Origin: Leptospira sp.
Lineage (GTDB): Bacteria > Spirochaetota > Leptospiria > Leptospirales > Leptospiraceae
Direction: 5' to 3'
Length of the DNA stretch: 64,000 nt
NCBI GenBank assembly: GCA_034439575.1
Contig: JAWXAQ010000016.1
Location: forward strand, 256,001 to 320,000
In this document: in pieces, positions 40,131 to 50,089 of the stretch
How the letters are laid out: every line of letters starts with the position of its first letter
How positions within the stretch are numbered: the first letter of the stretch is position 1
Position numbers and translations under genes: made by a program
The notes under the pieces: generated by a model
What the model was told of the DNA's origin: nothing
What the model saw: only the letters and a program-made list of their open reading frames with translations
The model's database searches: none

Positions 40131-41273
40131 TTACTTAGTAAACCTACGCGCCATTTCTTTGCCAAGGATCTCGGAGAACTTTTCCATACCCTTATGATTT
40201 AGATGTATCAAATCAAAACAATATTCACCATTTTCATCGGCACCGAGCGCATCTTGGTAATCCAATTGGTCAAGACTTTGATAAGGTAACAATGCATATG
40301 TTAATCCGTCTTGCCATATCTTCATTCTCCCTTTTCCATTTAAATTGCGAATCACAGATGAATAAGGTGCAAAAACATCAATAATATGGATCTTTTTGCT
40401 ACCAATTAACGAATATAAGTTTTTAAGTCTGTTGAAATATCTTTCCGTATTTTCTGTTTTAATGGCGTCTTTCGGAACACTTCTCGCTATGATACACGTT
40501 TCATAGATCATACGTTTGTGGTCAGGATTGGAAGAAGTTGGAACTGGATCTTTTGAGTCAGGACCTGTGATTTTCAAACATTCATCAATCGACTTTATGT
40601 TATACGGGCCCATGGACTCTGTTTGAGGGTTTTCGTAATCCCAAGGATTGTTGTTGGGATTTTTATTTCTGCGTGCTATGGATTTAATTCTTTCATTGAA
40701 ATTGATTACCATATCAGCCAAATCTTTTTTGTAGGCTAAGGATTTTAATGTCAAAAAGATATAGTCTGAAAAGTTCGCTTCATACTTATAATCATTGATG
40801 AGACTCATTGCTCTAAAATTTCCGACTTCCGATAACATAACAAGTGTAGGCTCTACCAAATGTGGGCGATCCACCCAAGCCATACCGGGTTCTAGTACAT
40901 GGATGATGGTATGCACTTTTGGAAATTGATGTAGGTGTTTTTCCAATAGTTCATGTTGAACTATCAATTCGGAACCACGAACTGCGATAGATTGAACCTT
41001 TTCACCAGTTTTTTCTAATTGTTCGTTGAGAATTCTGACACTAATGCCTTCAAAAGCAACAGAAGTTCCCACAATCAGAATCGTCGGATCAAGAACTTTC
41101 TTTTGTTTGATGATATGATTTGTGACACGATTGATGTTGGATGCATAGGAATTTTTTTTAAGATAGGTTCTATAGATTCCTGTTTGCAAAAGTAATTCTA
41201 CAGCGAGTAAGATTCCGAGGGCAAAAATTAGTTTTTTATCTAATAAAAAATTTAAAAATTCTTTGATTTTCAT
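40131..41273 (-). CDS. Membrane-anchored SGNH-like protein, MBOAT partner
   Basis: N-terminal TM helix, IVGTS motif and C-terminal FDLIHLN (DxxH). Confidence 0.6.
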   Translation of the reverse strand: MKIKEFLNFLLDKKLIFALGILLAVELLLQTGIYRTYLKKNSYASNINRVTNHIIKQKKVLDPTILIVGTSVAFEGISVRILNEQLEKTGEKVQSIAVRGSELIVQHELLEKHLHQFPKVHTIIHVLEPGMAWVDRPHLVEPTLVMLSEVGNFRAMSLINDYKYEANFSDYIFLTLKSLAYKKDLADMVINFNERIKSIARRNKNPNNNPWDYENPQTESMGPYNIKSIDECLKITGPDSKDPVPTSSNPDHKRMIYETCIIARSVPKDAIKTENTERYFNRLKNLYSLIGSKKIHIIDVFAPYSSVIRNLNGKGRMKIWQDGLTYALLPYQSLDQLDYQDALGADENGEYCFDLIHLNHKGMEKFSEILGKEMARRFTK

Positions 41274-41279
41274 ATATTT

Positions 41280-42776
41280 CTAAAACTGAAAGTAGAGAAA
41301 ATTCTGACTTTCTGTAACTCCAAATAACAGTAGTAAGTAGATGTTTACAACAATAAATGCAGTAAACTTAAAAGGATTTCCTTGGAATAAGGTTGGGATT
41401 TGTTTTTTAGAAAAAAGGTAAGTGGCAATAAAACAAATTAAAATAAGTATGCCATAACGATAATTTAACCATCTATATACGGGAATTGCTTCATTTCCGA
41501 TAAATAATAATCCTTTCATCATCACCCAAGCTTTTTCCATGGTCTCTGCTCTAAACATGATAAAGCCGAATGATAAACAAAACATGGTAAAAACTCGCGC
41601 GAATATTTCATATAGTCTCCCTCCTTTTTCATTTAAGGTTTTTGAAATGGATGAGTCACTATAATATTTATGTATCAAAAGCATAACTCCTTGCCAGACA
41701 CCCCAGCTAACATAATGATATGCTGCCCCATGCCATAAACCAGCAAATAGCCATGTAATCATAATATTGCGGACATACATAACGGGTGATACACGTGATC
41801 CACCGAGGGGGATGTAAATATAATCTCTGATCCATGTAGAGAAGGAGATATGCCATCTTGACCAATGATCAGCAATGTTACGGCAATACATGGGGAAATT
41901 AAAATTTGGGTTGAATTGGAAACCAAATAATCTAGCTACGCCAATGGCGATATCCGTATAACCTGCAAAGTCAAAATAGATTTGCCAACCAAAGGCTAAT
42001 GCACCTGTCCAAAGTTCAATGGGATTTAATGTTTGGTAGTTTGAGAATGTAGCATCGACTACTTTGGCAAGGTTGTCAGCAAAAACGACCTTCCGTGTGA
42101 GACCGATTAAAATTAAGGCAAAAGCGGATTCTATATTTTCTTTATATACCGCAAGCCTGTGGTCTAGATCACGAAAAAAAGTTTCCGCACGAACTATGGG
42201 ACCTGCAACTAACTGAGGAAAGAAGGCGACATACAAAGAAAAATCCAAAAATGATTTACGAGCTTCAATCTTTCCGAAATAAACATCTATTGTATAACTC
42301 ATAGATTGGAATGTATAGAAGGAAATGCCTACAGGCAGGATGATATTTTGTGCTTCAAATTGAAACTCATTGATGAAGTTTATATCATTAAACAATCCGA
42401 GTAAAAAATTTGTGTATTTAAAAAACCCAAGTGTGCCTAAATTTACGATCAAAGATAATAATAAAAACAGACGTTTCTTAAATAATTGGTTATGTGATTT
42501 TTCTATGATTAAGGCTGAAAAATAATCTACAATAGTAGAAAATATTAATATTCCTATGTACGCATTTATTTTAAAGTCGCAGTACAAAGTATCAATTAAA
42601 AAACCCAGTCCTTCCGTATTTCTAGCATCACATTTGACTGAACTCGGCTGCCAAGCCATATAGAAATAGTAACTTGCCAAAAGGAAGAATAGTTTTTGGA
42701 AACGATTCTTTAAAAGATTGCCTATGATGATGGTTATAGGGAAGAAAATTAAAAATTCTACAGAATTAAATAACAT
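41280..42776 (-). CDS. MBOAT family O-acyltransferase (AlgI/PatA-like)
   Basis: Motifs LPVGISFYTFQ, FFPQLVAGPI, DFAGYTDIA, WSRWHISFS and GLWHGA. Confidence 0.93.
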   Translation of the reverse strand: MLFNSVEFLIFFPITIIIGNLLKNRFQKLFFLLASYYFYMAWQPSSVKCDARNTEGLGFLIDTLYCDFKINAYIGILIFSTIVDYFSALIIEKSHNQLFKKRLFLLLSLIVNLGTLGFFKYTNFLLGLFNDINFINEFQFEAQNIILPVGISFYTFQSMSYTIDVYFGKIEARKSFLDFSLYVAFFPQLVAGPIVRAETFFRDLDHRLAVYKENIESAFALILIGLTRKVVFADNLAKVVDATFSNYQTLNPIELWTGALAFGWQIYFDFAGYTDIAIGVARLFGFQFNPNFNFPMYCRNIADHWSRWHISFSTWIRDYIYIPLGGSRVSPVMYVRNIMITWLFAGLWHGAAYHYVSWGVWQGVMLLIHKYYSDSSISKTLNEKGGRLYEIFARVFTMFCLSFGFIMFRAETMEKAWVMMKGLLFIGNEAIPVYRWLNYRYGILILICFIATYLFSKKQIPTLFQGNPFKFTAFIVVNIYLLLLFGVTESQNFLYFQF

Positions 42777-42784
42777 GTTATGAA

Positions 42785-44071
42785 TTACCTATTGTAAATT
42801 TTTTCATCAGCCAGTTTGAGAACAGGACCTTGTATGCCTTCGATATAACCGAATTTCGGCCCAATTGACCTTGGTAAGGTGGAAAAAGTAAAATTAGTTA
42901 GAAAATAAAGCCCACCTATGATAGCATAGGTGGTATGTAGAATTGCTTTTGAAAATGAAGGCAGAGATAAAAACGATAGTGATTTTAAAATATAAAAGTT
43001 TAGAATCCAAAGTGCAATCGTTGTTCCTACCCAAAATTCAAAAAAATATCCTTCCCACCATGTATAAAAACAAAGAGAAGGAATGATCCAAAATAACATG
43101 ATTAGCAACTCCGATTTAAAGGTTCTCCATAATTTTCTAAAATTTAGAAATCCTAAGGACAAGGAAAAAATCCAGAATAGCACATTCAGATTGAATAGTA
43201 CATTATTTTTTGCGAAAAAATTAGCGAAGTCGACTCTAAATTTTGGTGTTACATTTTGAAATATGAGAAAAGCATCACCAATCCCTCTATAAAAATAGAG
43301 AAAATAATTTTTTTCTCCTTCACTCATTCCCCAACGATTGATGGCAGCATATAAGAACATCCAAAAACTAAAATGTTTTTCATCAATAGGCCCAAGACCT
43401 CTCTTTAAAATGATAAAGCCCACAAACAAATAGGAGAGTATCGTCGCAATTCCAAGTAAGGTTAGGTAGGTAAATGTGGTACGCAGTTTGTTGCCAAGAT
43501 TTCTATGAGTGCTTAAAAAAATGGTCATGGGAACAATTCCAAAATGAATCACATTGGATTGATGAAAATAAATAGTAAAAAGCTGTAGGCACCAAAGGAA
43601 CGCTAGGTGCCAATTCGATAATCCTTTCCTTAAGAACAATACGGAAAATAAAAATAAAAGTGCGAGTAAGCAAGAATGAATGAGTGGGGTATCATTATGG
43701 AGACTATAAAACCAAAACGCTTGACTAAATTGAATTAATAGTGCAATTAAAACTGCCAAAACAAAATCATGATAGAGTTTATCCATTAACCAGATAAAGG
43801 TGGCAAGGAAAAACAGAGAAGCCGCAAGTATCCTCAGTCTTAAAAAAAACATTATATCATTCGTTGGGAATATGGACTGAACCATTTTCCAGTAGAGAAG
43901 GCCTGATGATTCAAATCCTAGGTGATGTGGATTAAAAAAGGCCGATTCCACTCTATTTTTTTGAATATTTAAAGCATACACACATGAATCCCAATCAAAG
44001 TTACGCGATAAGTAGCGCAAATGAAAAAGAAATAAAATGAGGATTAGAAAAAATATTAATATTTTTTTCAA
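42785..44071 (-). CDS. Polytopic membrane protein (possible GT-C glycosyltransferase)
   Basis: Many TM helices, with DWDS and PHH motifs in the first external loop. Confidence 0.55.
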   Translation of the reverse strand: MKKILIFFLILILFLFHLRYLSRNFDWDSCVYALNIQKNRVESAFFNPHHLGFESSGLLYWKMVQSIFPTNDIMFFLRLRILAASLFFLATFIWLMDKLYHDFVLAVLIALLIQFSQAFWFYSLHNDTPLIHSCLLALLFLFSVLFLRKGLSNWHLAFLWCLQLFTIYFHQSNVIHFGIVPMTIFLSTHRNLGNKLRTTFTYLTLLGIATILSYLFVGFIILKRGLGPIDEKHFSFWMFLYAAINRWGMSEGEKNYFLYFYRGIGDAFLIFQNVTPKFRVDFANFFAKNNVLFNLNVLFWIFSLSLGFLNFRKLWRTFKSELLIMLFWIIPSLCFYTWWEGYFFEFWVGTTIALWILNFYILKSLSFLSLPSFSKAILHTTYAIIGGLYFLTNFTFSTLPRSIGPKFGYIEGIQGPVLKLADEKIYNR

Positions 44072-44086
44072 AGAAATGATTTCCGA

Positions 44087-44677
44087 TTACCTATTGAGAA
44101 TTTGGTTGAGCAATTTTTTATTTTTACCATAAGGAAAAAAATAAGGGGAATGAGCGAGAATTTGATCTCCTTTTTTCCAAACGATACGGTTTAATCCCAG
44201 AAAATTTAAAAAACCAGAGTGTAACCATTCAATTTGAATATCGTCTTTCGCATTCGTAAATTTTGTCAATTTATCACCTAAGCCATGTCTTTTGATCATC
44301 CAAATTTCGTTTTTAACTAAATACAATTTGGTATTTAATTTTCCAAGGATTGTCGCAATATCCGAAAGGAGTGAAATGGAGATATAAAGAAAAAAGAATA
44401 ATGTTAGGTATTGGTAATATTTGATATGATCTAAAAAAGGAATTTTTAAAACTTTCGTAATTTCTAAAACGCCAACGAACCAATATAAAAAATCAGATAG
44501 ATAATGTATGTTCAATAGAAATAGATAAAAAAATCCTGAAGCACATATTATCAGAACAATTTGTGGAAGTGGGTTCGCTTCTATTTTTTCGTACAAAGAG
44601 GTTCCAAAGTATGAATTTTTTCTTCGGGCAAAATATTCTTTGATTAAAAACATAAGTCTCGTTAGTTTATATTTCAT
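44087..44677 (-). CDS. Hypothetical membrane protein
   Basis: 196 aa, TM segments, coupled to the GT4 gene. Confidence 0.65.
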   Translation of the reverse strand: MKYKLTRLMFLIKEYFARRKNSYFGTSLYEKIEANPLPQIVLIICASGFFYLFLLNIHYLSDFLYWFVGVLEITKVLKIPFLDHIKYYQYLTLFFFLYISISLLSDIATILGKLNTKLYLVKNEIWMIKRHGLGDKLTKFTNAKDDIQIEWLHSGFLNFLGLNRIVWKKGDQILAHSPYFFPYGKNKKLLNQILNR

Positions 44678-45762
44678 TTTAATAGTTCCTTTTCAAGTAA
44701 TTGTGTTGTTCTATCCCAAGACCAGTTTGTTTCCTTAAATTTCGGAATTCTATTTTTGGTTTTGAACTTAGAAACTTCTTCAAATGCCATTTCCCACTTT
44801 TCTGTATCGAATGGATCAACGTATAAATCATTTTTATCTTCTAAAATTTCTTTAAATACAGGAATGTTAGAGGCGATGCAACGTTTGTTTTCAATCATAG
44901 CCTCAAGTAAGGGGAGTCCGAATCCTTCGTGCAATGATGGGAAGAAAAAAGATTCACATTCATGTATTGCTTGGCCAAGTAAATCATCGCTAGGATTTTC
45001 TATAAACTGAATGGAAAGTTTTTTTGCTGTATCGGAAGTTAAAAATGAAAAAAGTTCCATCCCTTCTTCTCCCCAGCCTTTTCTCCCTAAAATAAGCAAG
45101 CTGTGTTTGTCTTTGGGATTTTTGATTTTAAAATTTTGAAAAGCAGTTGTGAGGCGTTTGATATTTTTTCTTGGCTCCAAAGTTCCGACCGTTAAAAAAA
45201 AGTTAGTTGGTAAAACATTCTTTATTTTTTTGAAATTTCTTTTGACAACACCTGGAAAAATCACGACACATTTATTTTTTGCAAATGGAAAGTTTATCTC
45301 AATATCATGGAAAGTATTTTTGGAAAGACAAAATATACGATCCGCAATTTTCAATGTTCTTGGTGAAAAGAATTTATGTTGGTAATAATTCCACTTTGCC
45401 ATCGTTTCCGGTGCAGAAATAAAATTAAGATCATGATAATTGACAAAAGTAGGGATATTTAATTTAAAAAATGGTAATAGCTGTAAGGTGGCCCAAAATT
45501 TAACTATATTGTCCTTTTTAATTCGACGAGGTAGAAAAAAATGGAGATAGATCGGTCCTGGAATACTTTTATCTTCAATTCGTAAAACTACATTCGAATG
45601 ATTGATTAAATCTTCAAAAATAGGGTGTATCGGTTTATTGCTATAAAAATAGAACTGCACATTTTTATGTTTCGGGATCATCCGTCGGAGTGTTTCCGCT
45701 AGATAACGCGAGTTACCTGTGACGCCGTATGCCAGTGGCCTTACATCAATTCCTAATTTCAT
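44674..45762 (-). CDS. Glycosyltransferase family 4
   Basis: Motifs VGTLEPRKN, FPSLHEGFGLPLLEAM and SNIPVFKEI. Confidence 0.93.
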   Translation of the reverse strand: MKLGIDVRPLAYGVTGNSRYLAETLRRMIPKHKNVQFYFYSNKPIHPIFEDLINHSNVVLRIEDKSIPGPIYLHFFLPRRIKKDNIVKFWATLQLLPFFKLNIPTFVNYHDLNFISAPETMAKWNYYQHKFFSPRTLKIADRIFCLSKNTFHDIEINFPFAKNKCVVIFPGVVKRNFKKIKNVLPTNFFLTVGTLEPRKNIKRLTTAFQNFKIKNPKDKHSLLILGRKGWGEEGMELFSFLTSDTAKKLSIQFIENPSDDLLGQAIHECESFFFPSLHEGFGLPLLEAMIENKRCIASNIPVFKEILEDKNDLYVDPFDTEKWEMAFEEVSKFKTKNRIPKFKETNWSWDRTTQLLEKELLK

Positions 45763-47035
45763 CTTTTATAAAAATTTCTCTGAGGATAAAGATATAAAGT
45801 GCAATGCTTGTATAAAATAAAATAGAGAACATCAAAAAGACTCCCTCCATCACACCACCAATAATGGATCTATGTGTTAGCAATGGTATCACCAAGATAA
45901 GGATCAAGGATATAGATTCTTTCTTAGTATAATTTTGATTTAAATAGCGAGATATTAGTAAAAATATAGGGAAAATACATATCACAAAACTATGAATCCA
46001 GCTGATGCCACTAAAAATTGCCGAGGCTAAAAATAGTAAGGCGGTCAGTTCCCATTTTTTATCTTTCATCTTCAAAATAAATAAAACCGGAATGCCAAAG
46101 ATTCCTATGATAACCAATTGGATGAATTTGACAACTTCCATGGAAAGGCTAACGAAAGGCATACGGTATAAGGGTTGGTTTACGAAATCTGCACCTGAAA
46201 TAAAATATTTTGCCAATGTGGAAGGCAGACTTTGGTTATTTTTCCAGGAACGTAACAAAGGATTTGTGAGAGCATTGCCAAGGACTTCCTGAAACCAGAC
46301 TTTTGTCATTTCTATCGTATAATGGGGATTATAAACCATTGGCAAAAGATTCCATAGAAACAATCCTATAAAAAACCAAAGGATAGATCTCCATTTTTTT
46401 TCATAAAATAAAACAAAGAGAAAAACAATCGGAGTCACTTTTATCGTTGTCGCAAGGGCGAGTAAAATTCCAGAAATTATTTCATTTTTAACAGTCAGTG
46501 ACAACAATACAAGTAACACGAGTAATAAGCCCACTTGGTTATTTTGGATATGACTTTCTATATAACGAAAGTTAATGACTAGCACCAATGATAATAACCA
46601 TTCTATGTTTTTTATGCGAATGCCAAATTTTTCTGGTCTTGAAAATAAAAATAAAATGCCACATAAAGATAAAAAGTTGATACTGGTATGAATTCCTGAT
46701 GCAGTCTTTTCAGAAAAATAAGTAAGAGGTAAGAGTAAAAAAGAAAACAGAGGAGGGTAAATGTAAGTCGCAGTTTGCGTTTGTAAGGCTGTGAGCAAAC
46801 TTATGTTCTCTGGTAAAAATAATTCTTCCCAAGATTTGACTTTATCTTTTAATTCATAAGCGACATCAAATTTATAAAGATTTTCGCTCGTTTTCCATCG
46901 TTCACTGGCATGGTAATAATCTAAGAAGTCCGATTTTTGGGAGACACGCGAAAGGCTAGCTACTAAAAAGTAACAGAGGAAAAGGATTAGAACGAACCGT
47001 CCTCCTATTTCTGACTTTTGAAATGACTTCCACAT
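45746..47035 (-). CDS. Glycosyltransferase family 87 (DUF2029, GT-C)
   Basis: Motifs DFLDYY, YIYPPLF, NQV, IKVTP, NQSL and SWIH, with many TM helices. Confidence 0.85.
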   Translation of the reverse strand: MWKSFQKSEIGGRFVLILFLCYFLVASLSRVSQKSDFLDYYHASERWKTSENLYKFDVAYELKDKVKSWEELFLPENISLLTALQTQTATYIYPPLFSFLLLPLTYFSEKTASGIHTSINFLSLCGILFLFSRPEKFGIRIKNIEWLLSLVLVINFRYIESHIQNNQVGLLLVLLVLLSLTVKNEIISGILLALATTIKVTPIVFLFVLFYEKKWRSILWFFIGLFLWNLLPMVYNPHYTIEMTKVWFQEVLGNALTNPLLRSWKNNQSLPSTLAKYFISGADFVNQPLYRMPFVSLSMEVVKFIQLVIIGIFGIPVLFILKMKDKKWELTALLFLASAIFSGISWIHSFVICIFPIFLLISRYLNQNYTKKESISLILILVIPLLTHRSIIGGVMEGVFLMFSILFYTSIALYIFILREIFIKDEIRN

Positions 47036-47090
47036 TGATTTCCTACCAATTTTTGGTTTTTCCCCAATATAGCAAGATTTTCCTGACAGA

Positions 47091-48137
47091 ATGAGCCTAG
47101 ACTTCCTGGATGAGTACGATTTTCCCCTCGATGAGAGTCAAATCGCAAAATATCCAGCAAAAGAGCGAGATGAATCAAAACTATTGGTTCTAAAAAGACA
47201 AAGTTCTACGATTACAAAGCATAAAAATTTTCGTGAAATTACTTCATATCTTAGGTCTGGAGATGTACTAGTTTATAATGAAACTAAAGTCTCTAAACGA
47301 AGGGTCTTTTTGGAAACGAAATCGGGACGTAAGCATGAATCCATTTTTTTGGAATCTCGTGACCCCGAGGGCTTGGAATGGTTGTGTATTTTAAAGAATC
47401 GTAAGAAACTTAAGTTAGGTGAAAGTATCTGGCCAATTGGTGAAACAGAAATATCCTTTTCCTATACCGAAGCCAAAGAAGAACTGTCTCTCCTTCATTC
47501 CTCAAAAAAAATTACGGAAGAAGATTTTGAAAAATGGGGAAAAATTCCTATTCCTCCCTATCTGAAACGGGAGGCCACTGAAGATGATGAAGAAAGATAC
47601 CAAACAATATTTGCAAAAAATCTTGGTTCGGTCGCGGCACCCACGGCAGGTTTGCATTTTACAAATGAATTAAAGGAACAATTGTTAAATATTGGAGTGC
47701 AATTTGTACCTATCAATTTGGAAATTGGTTATGGCACCTTCCAACCGCTAAGTGAGGCCCAAGTCGTCGAAAAAAAATTGCACAAAGAAAAGTATTTTGT
47801 CTCATTAGAAAGTGCTGAACTCCTAACACTTGCCAGGAGGGAAGGTCGACGTATTATTTCCATAGGTACCACAAGCCTTCGTGTATTAGAAACAATCTAT
47901 GAGAATCATTCTCAACTATTTGTGGCAGGGCAAGGTGAAACTGACATATTTGTGTCACCAGGAGATGAGATTCATTCCATCGACGGTTTAGTCACGAATT
48001 TTCATCTGCCGAGAAGTTCTTTGCTCTTACTTGTTAGTACATTTGCGGGTAAAGAATTAATTATGAAATCTTATCATCATGCTTTGGACAATGGCTTCCG
48101 ATTTTACTCATACGGTGACACAATGTTTGTGCTTTGA
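47091..48137 (+). CDS. queA: S-adenosylmethionine:tRNA ribosyltransferase-isomerase
   Basis: Motifs PIPPYL, YQTIFA, GSVAAPTAGLHF, GTTSLR, TNFHLPRSS and FYSYGD. Confidence 0.96.
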   Translation: MSLDFLDEYDFPLDESQIAKYPAKERDESKLLVLKRQSSTITKHKNFREITSYLRSGDVLVYNETKVSKRRVFLETKSGRKHESIFLESRDPEGLEWLCILKNRKKLKLGESIWPIGETEISFSYTEAKEELSLLHSSKKITEEDFEKWGKIPIPPYLKREATEDDEERYQTIFAKNLGSVAAPTAGLHFTNELKEQLLNIGVQFVPINLEIGYGTFQPLSEAQVVEKKLHKEKYFVSLESAELLTLARREGRRIISIGTTSLRVLETIYENHSQLFVAGQGETDIFVSPGDEIHSIDGLVTNFHLPRSSLLLLVSTFAGKELIMKSYHHALDNGFRFYSYGDTMFVL

Positions 48138-48198
48138 AAAAGGGATTTACAAAGTAATCAGCATTCACTAAATTCGAAGGACACTAATAATTCATTTC

Positions 48199-49515
48199 AT
48201 GTTTTCCCCTCAATCTTCAGTAATCATTTCCTTACTCTCCGGAGTGGGTTTAGTGGCAGTTGTGTCCTTAGCACCTGTACGCTCAAATGGTTCGGGAGAT
48301 CCTTCGGTTCCGATTCAAAAAGAGAAAAATATCCTTTTTCCTAATATAAATCGCCATCCTAGTGAAGGTTTAGAATCCGATGGCCTGAGCAAAATCGTTA
48401 GAGAGCCTGATCAAACGGAATTCAATTTAAAAGCAGATATGAACGATTCCTTCCGTTCAGAAAACAAAATTTGGGCAGATACGATTTTGCCTTCTCAATC
48501 AGAAGGTAGATTTTCATCGATTCGTTCTCAGTCAGATTGGGATCTCTATGAAAATCAAAATGGAGAACGAAAAATTTATTTCCAAAAAGATGGACTCGTT
48601 ATGCGAGGACTTTCAAATCAAACTTCTCTTAGCTCAAGTTTGAGCCGTCGCGATTTTACGCCAAGCGAGCGCTTTGCGAATAGAAGACTCGACGCCTATG
48701 AAGTTCAGTATGCGATTACACCTAGCATCGGTGCAGTGGTGCAAGGTGGAAACATCGACCAGATTGATGATAGATCTAGATTCCAGAGAAATTTTGCTAT
48801 GGCGGGAGTCTCCATCAAAGGGGGAGACTTTTTTCAAGCAAAAGTGCTCACAGGTGACACGAGCGTCACTACAAACCAATCGTCAAATTTTAATTTCAAT
48901 CCTTTGAACCCAAATCGCCCCAATGATATTTCCAGACGTGAACGTGATGATGTGAAGCAGTTATATGAATGGCAGGCAAATTTCACACCGTCCGATTATT
49001 TTAAATTACAAACATCGCTTTATAACCAAAGAACGGAAAATTCATTGAATATGTCCTCGCCTGACGGTGGTAAGGTCTCCGTATTTGTTGGTGGCAAACA
49101 AGTACAAATGAATCTCCGATACAATTATTTAACAAATCGAAATGCTTCTGGTTTTTCTTCGAATGGACAAACTTTCAACCCTTCACAAGATCTCGCATCC
49201 CTTGGAGTGGTTGTATTTTTGGATCAGTCGCAAAGGTATTCCGTTTATGTGGGTAATAATTTTTACAATGTTCTCAATGACCCAGCGAACCAAATCAAAG
49301 ATGCCAGTGGACGATCTCCTTCCACATTCACTGCCTCCTTTCGTGGTAAAAACCCATCATCTAGCAGGTCTAGTTTTTTCTTAAACTTCCAAAATCAATT
49401 TTATAAGGATGGAGCTGTGATTGGATTGCCTGGTGTGATTCCGATTTCAGGTGCCCAACAGGGAAAATCTTTCTATGAATACGCGACTTCACTTGGTGTA
49501 GATGTCTCATTTTAG
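48199..49515 (+). CDS. Hypothetical protein, probable outer-membrane beta-barrel
   Basis: N-terminal hydrophobic segment, amphipathic strands, and C-terminus YEYATSLGVDVSF. Confidence 0.6.
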   Translation: MFSPQSSVIISLLSGVGLVAVVSLAPVRSNGSGDPSVPIQKEKNILFPNINRHPSEGLESDGLSKIVREPDQTEFNLKADMNDSFRSENKIWADTILPSQSEGRFSSIRSQSDWDLYENQNGERKIYFQKDGLVMRGLSNQTSLSSSLSRRDFTPSERFANRRLDAYEVQYAITPSIGAVVQGGNIDQIDDRSRFQRNFAMAGVSIKGGDFFQAKVLTGDTSVTTNQSSNFNFNPLNPNRPNDISRRERDDVKQLYEWQANFTPSDYFKLQTSLYNQRTENSLNMSSPDGGKVSVFVGGKQVQMNLRYNYLTNRNASGFSSNGQTFNPSQDLASLGVVVFLDQSQRYSVYVGNNFYNVLNDPANQIKDASGRSPSTFTASFRGKNPSSSRSSFFLNFQNQFYKDGAVIGLPGVIPISGAQQGKSFYEYATSLGVDVSF

Positions 49516-49999
49516 AATTTCCCTTCTACTTTTGGTATTTTTATGTTCCTGTTTTTTTAGCGAAGAAAAGGATTCTCCTCCAAAGAAAGTGCAGATTCCT
49601 CCTTTGGAAAAATTGGCCATTTCACTTTCTGAAAAAGGGTTTTTGGTCAACAAACAAAGATTGATCGTGCTTACCTTTACCTCCACCGAGGGCACGGCAA
49701 ATGTCTACGGCAATATATTATCCGAAAAACTGACTACAGAACTGGTTAAAAAAGATCGTTTTTCCGTTTTGGATCGGATGGTAAATGAAAAGACCCTTCG
49801 CGAAAAATCACTGAGCCTTGAGTCTTCTTTGGACATTGCCACCTTGCGAAAAATAGGCGAAGTATTAAATTTAGACGTCATAGTCACGGGAATCATTAGC
49901 CCTTATCAAAATGGAGTTTTTGTAAATACCCGCTTAATTGATATAAAAACAGGATTAATTCTCAAAGCTGAAGAGGTCTATGTCCTAATCGACGGCTAA
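49502..49999 (+). CDS. FlgO/CsgG-like lipoprotein
   Basis: Lipobox-like LCSC; motifs FSVLDR, IGEVLNLDVIVTG and NTRLIDIKTG. Confidence 0.75.
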   Translation: MSHFRISLLLLVFLCSCFFSEEKDSPPKKVQIPPLEKLAISLSEKGFLVNKQRLIVLTFTSTEGTANVYGNILSEKLTTELVKKDRFSVLDRMVNEKTLREKSLSLESSLDIATLRKIGEVLNLDVIVTGIISPYQNGVFVNTRLIDIKTGLILKAEEVYVLIDG

Positions 50000-50089
50000 T
50001 CTTTCAATTTCTCTAATTTTACTCATGTAGGATTCAATTTTGGATTGATTCTGACTTTTACAAACTCATAAATGTATCAAGAGGACACG

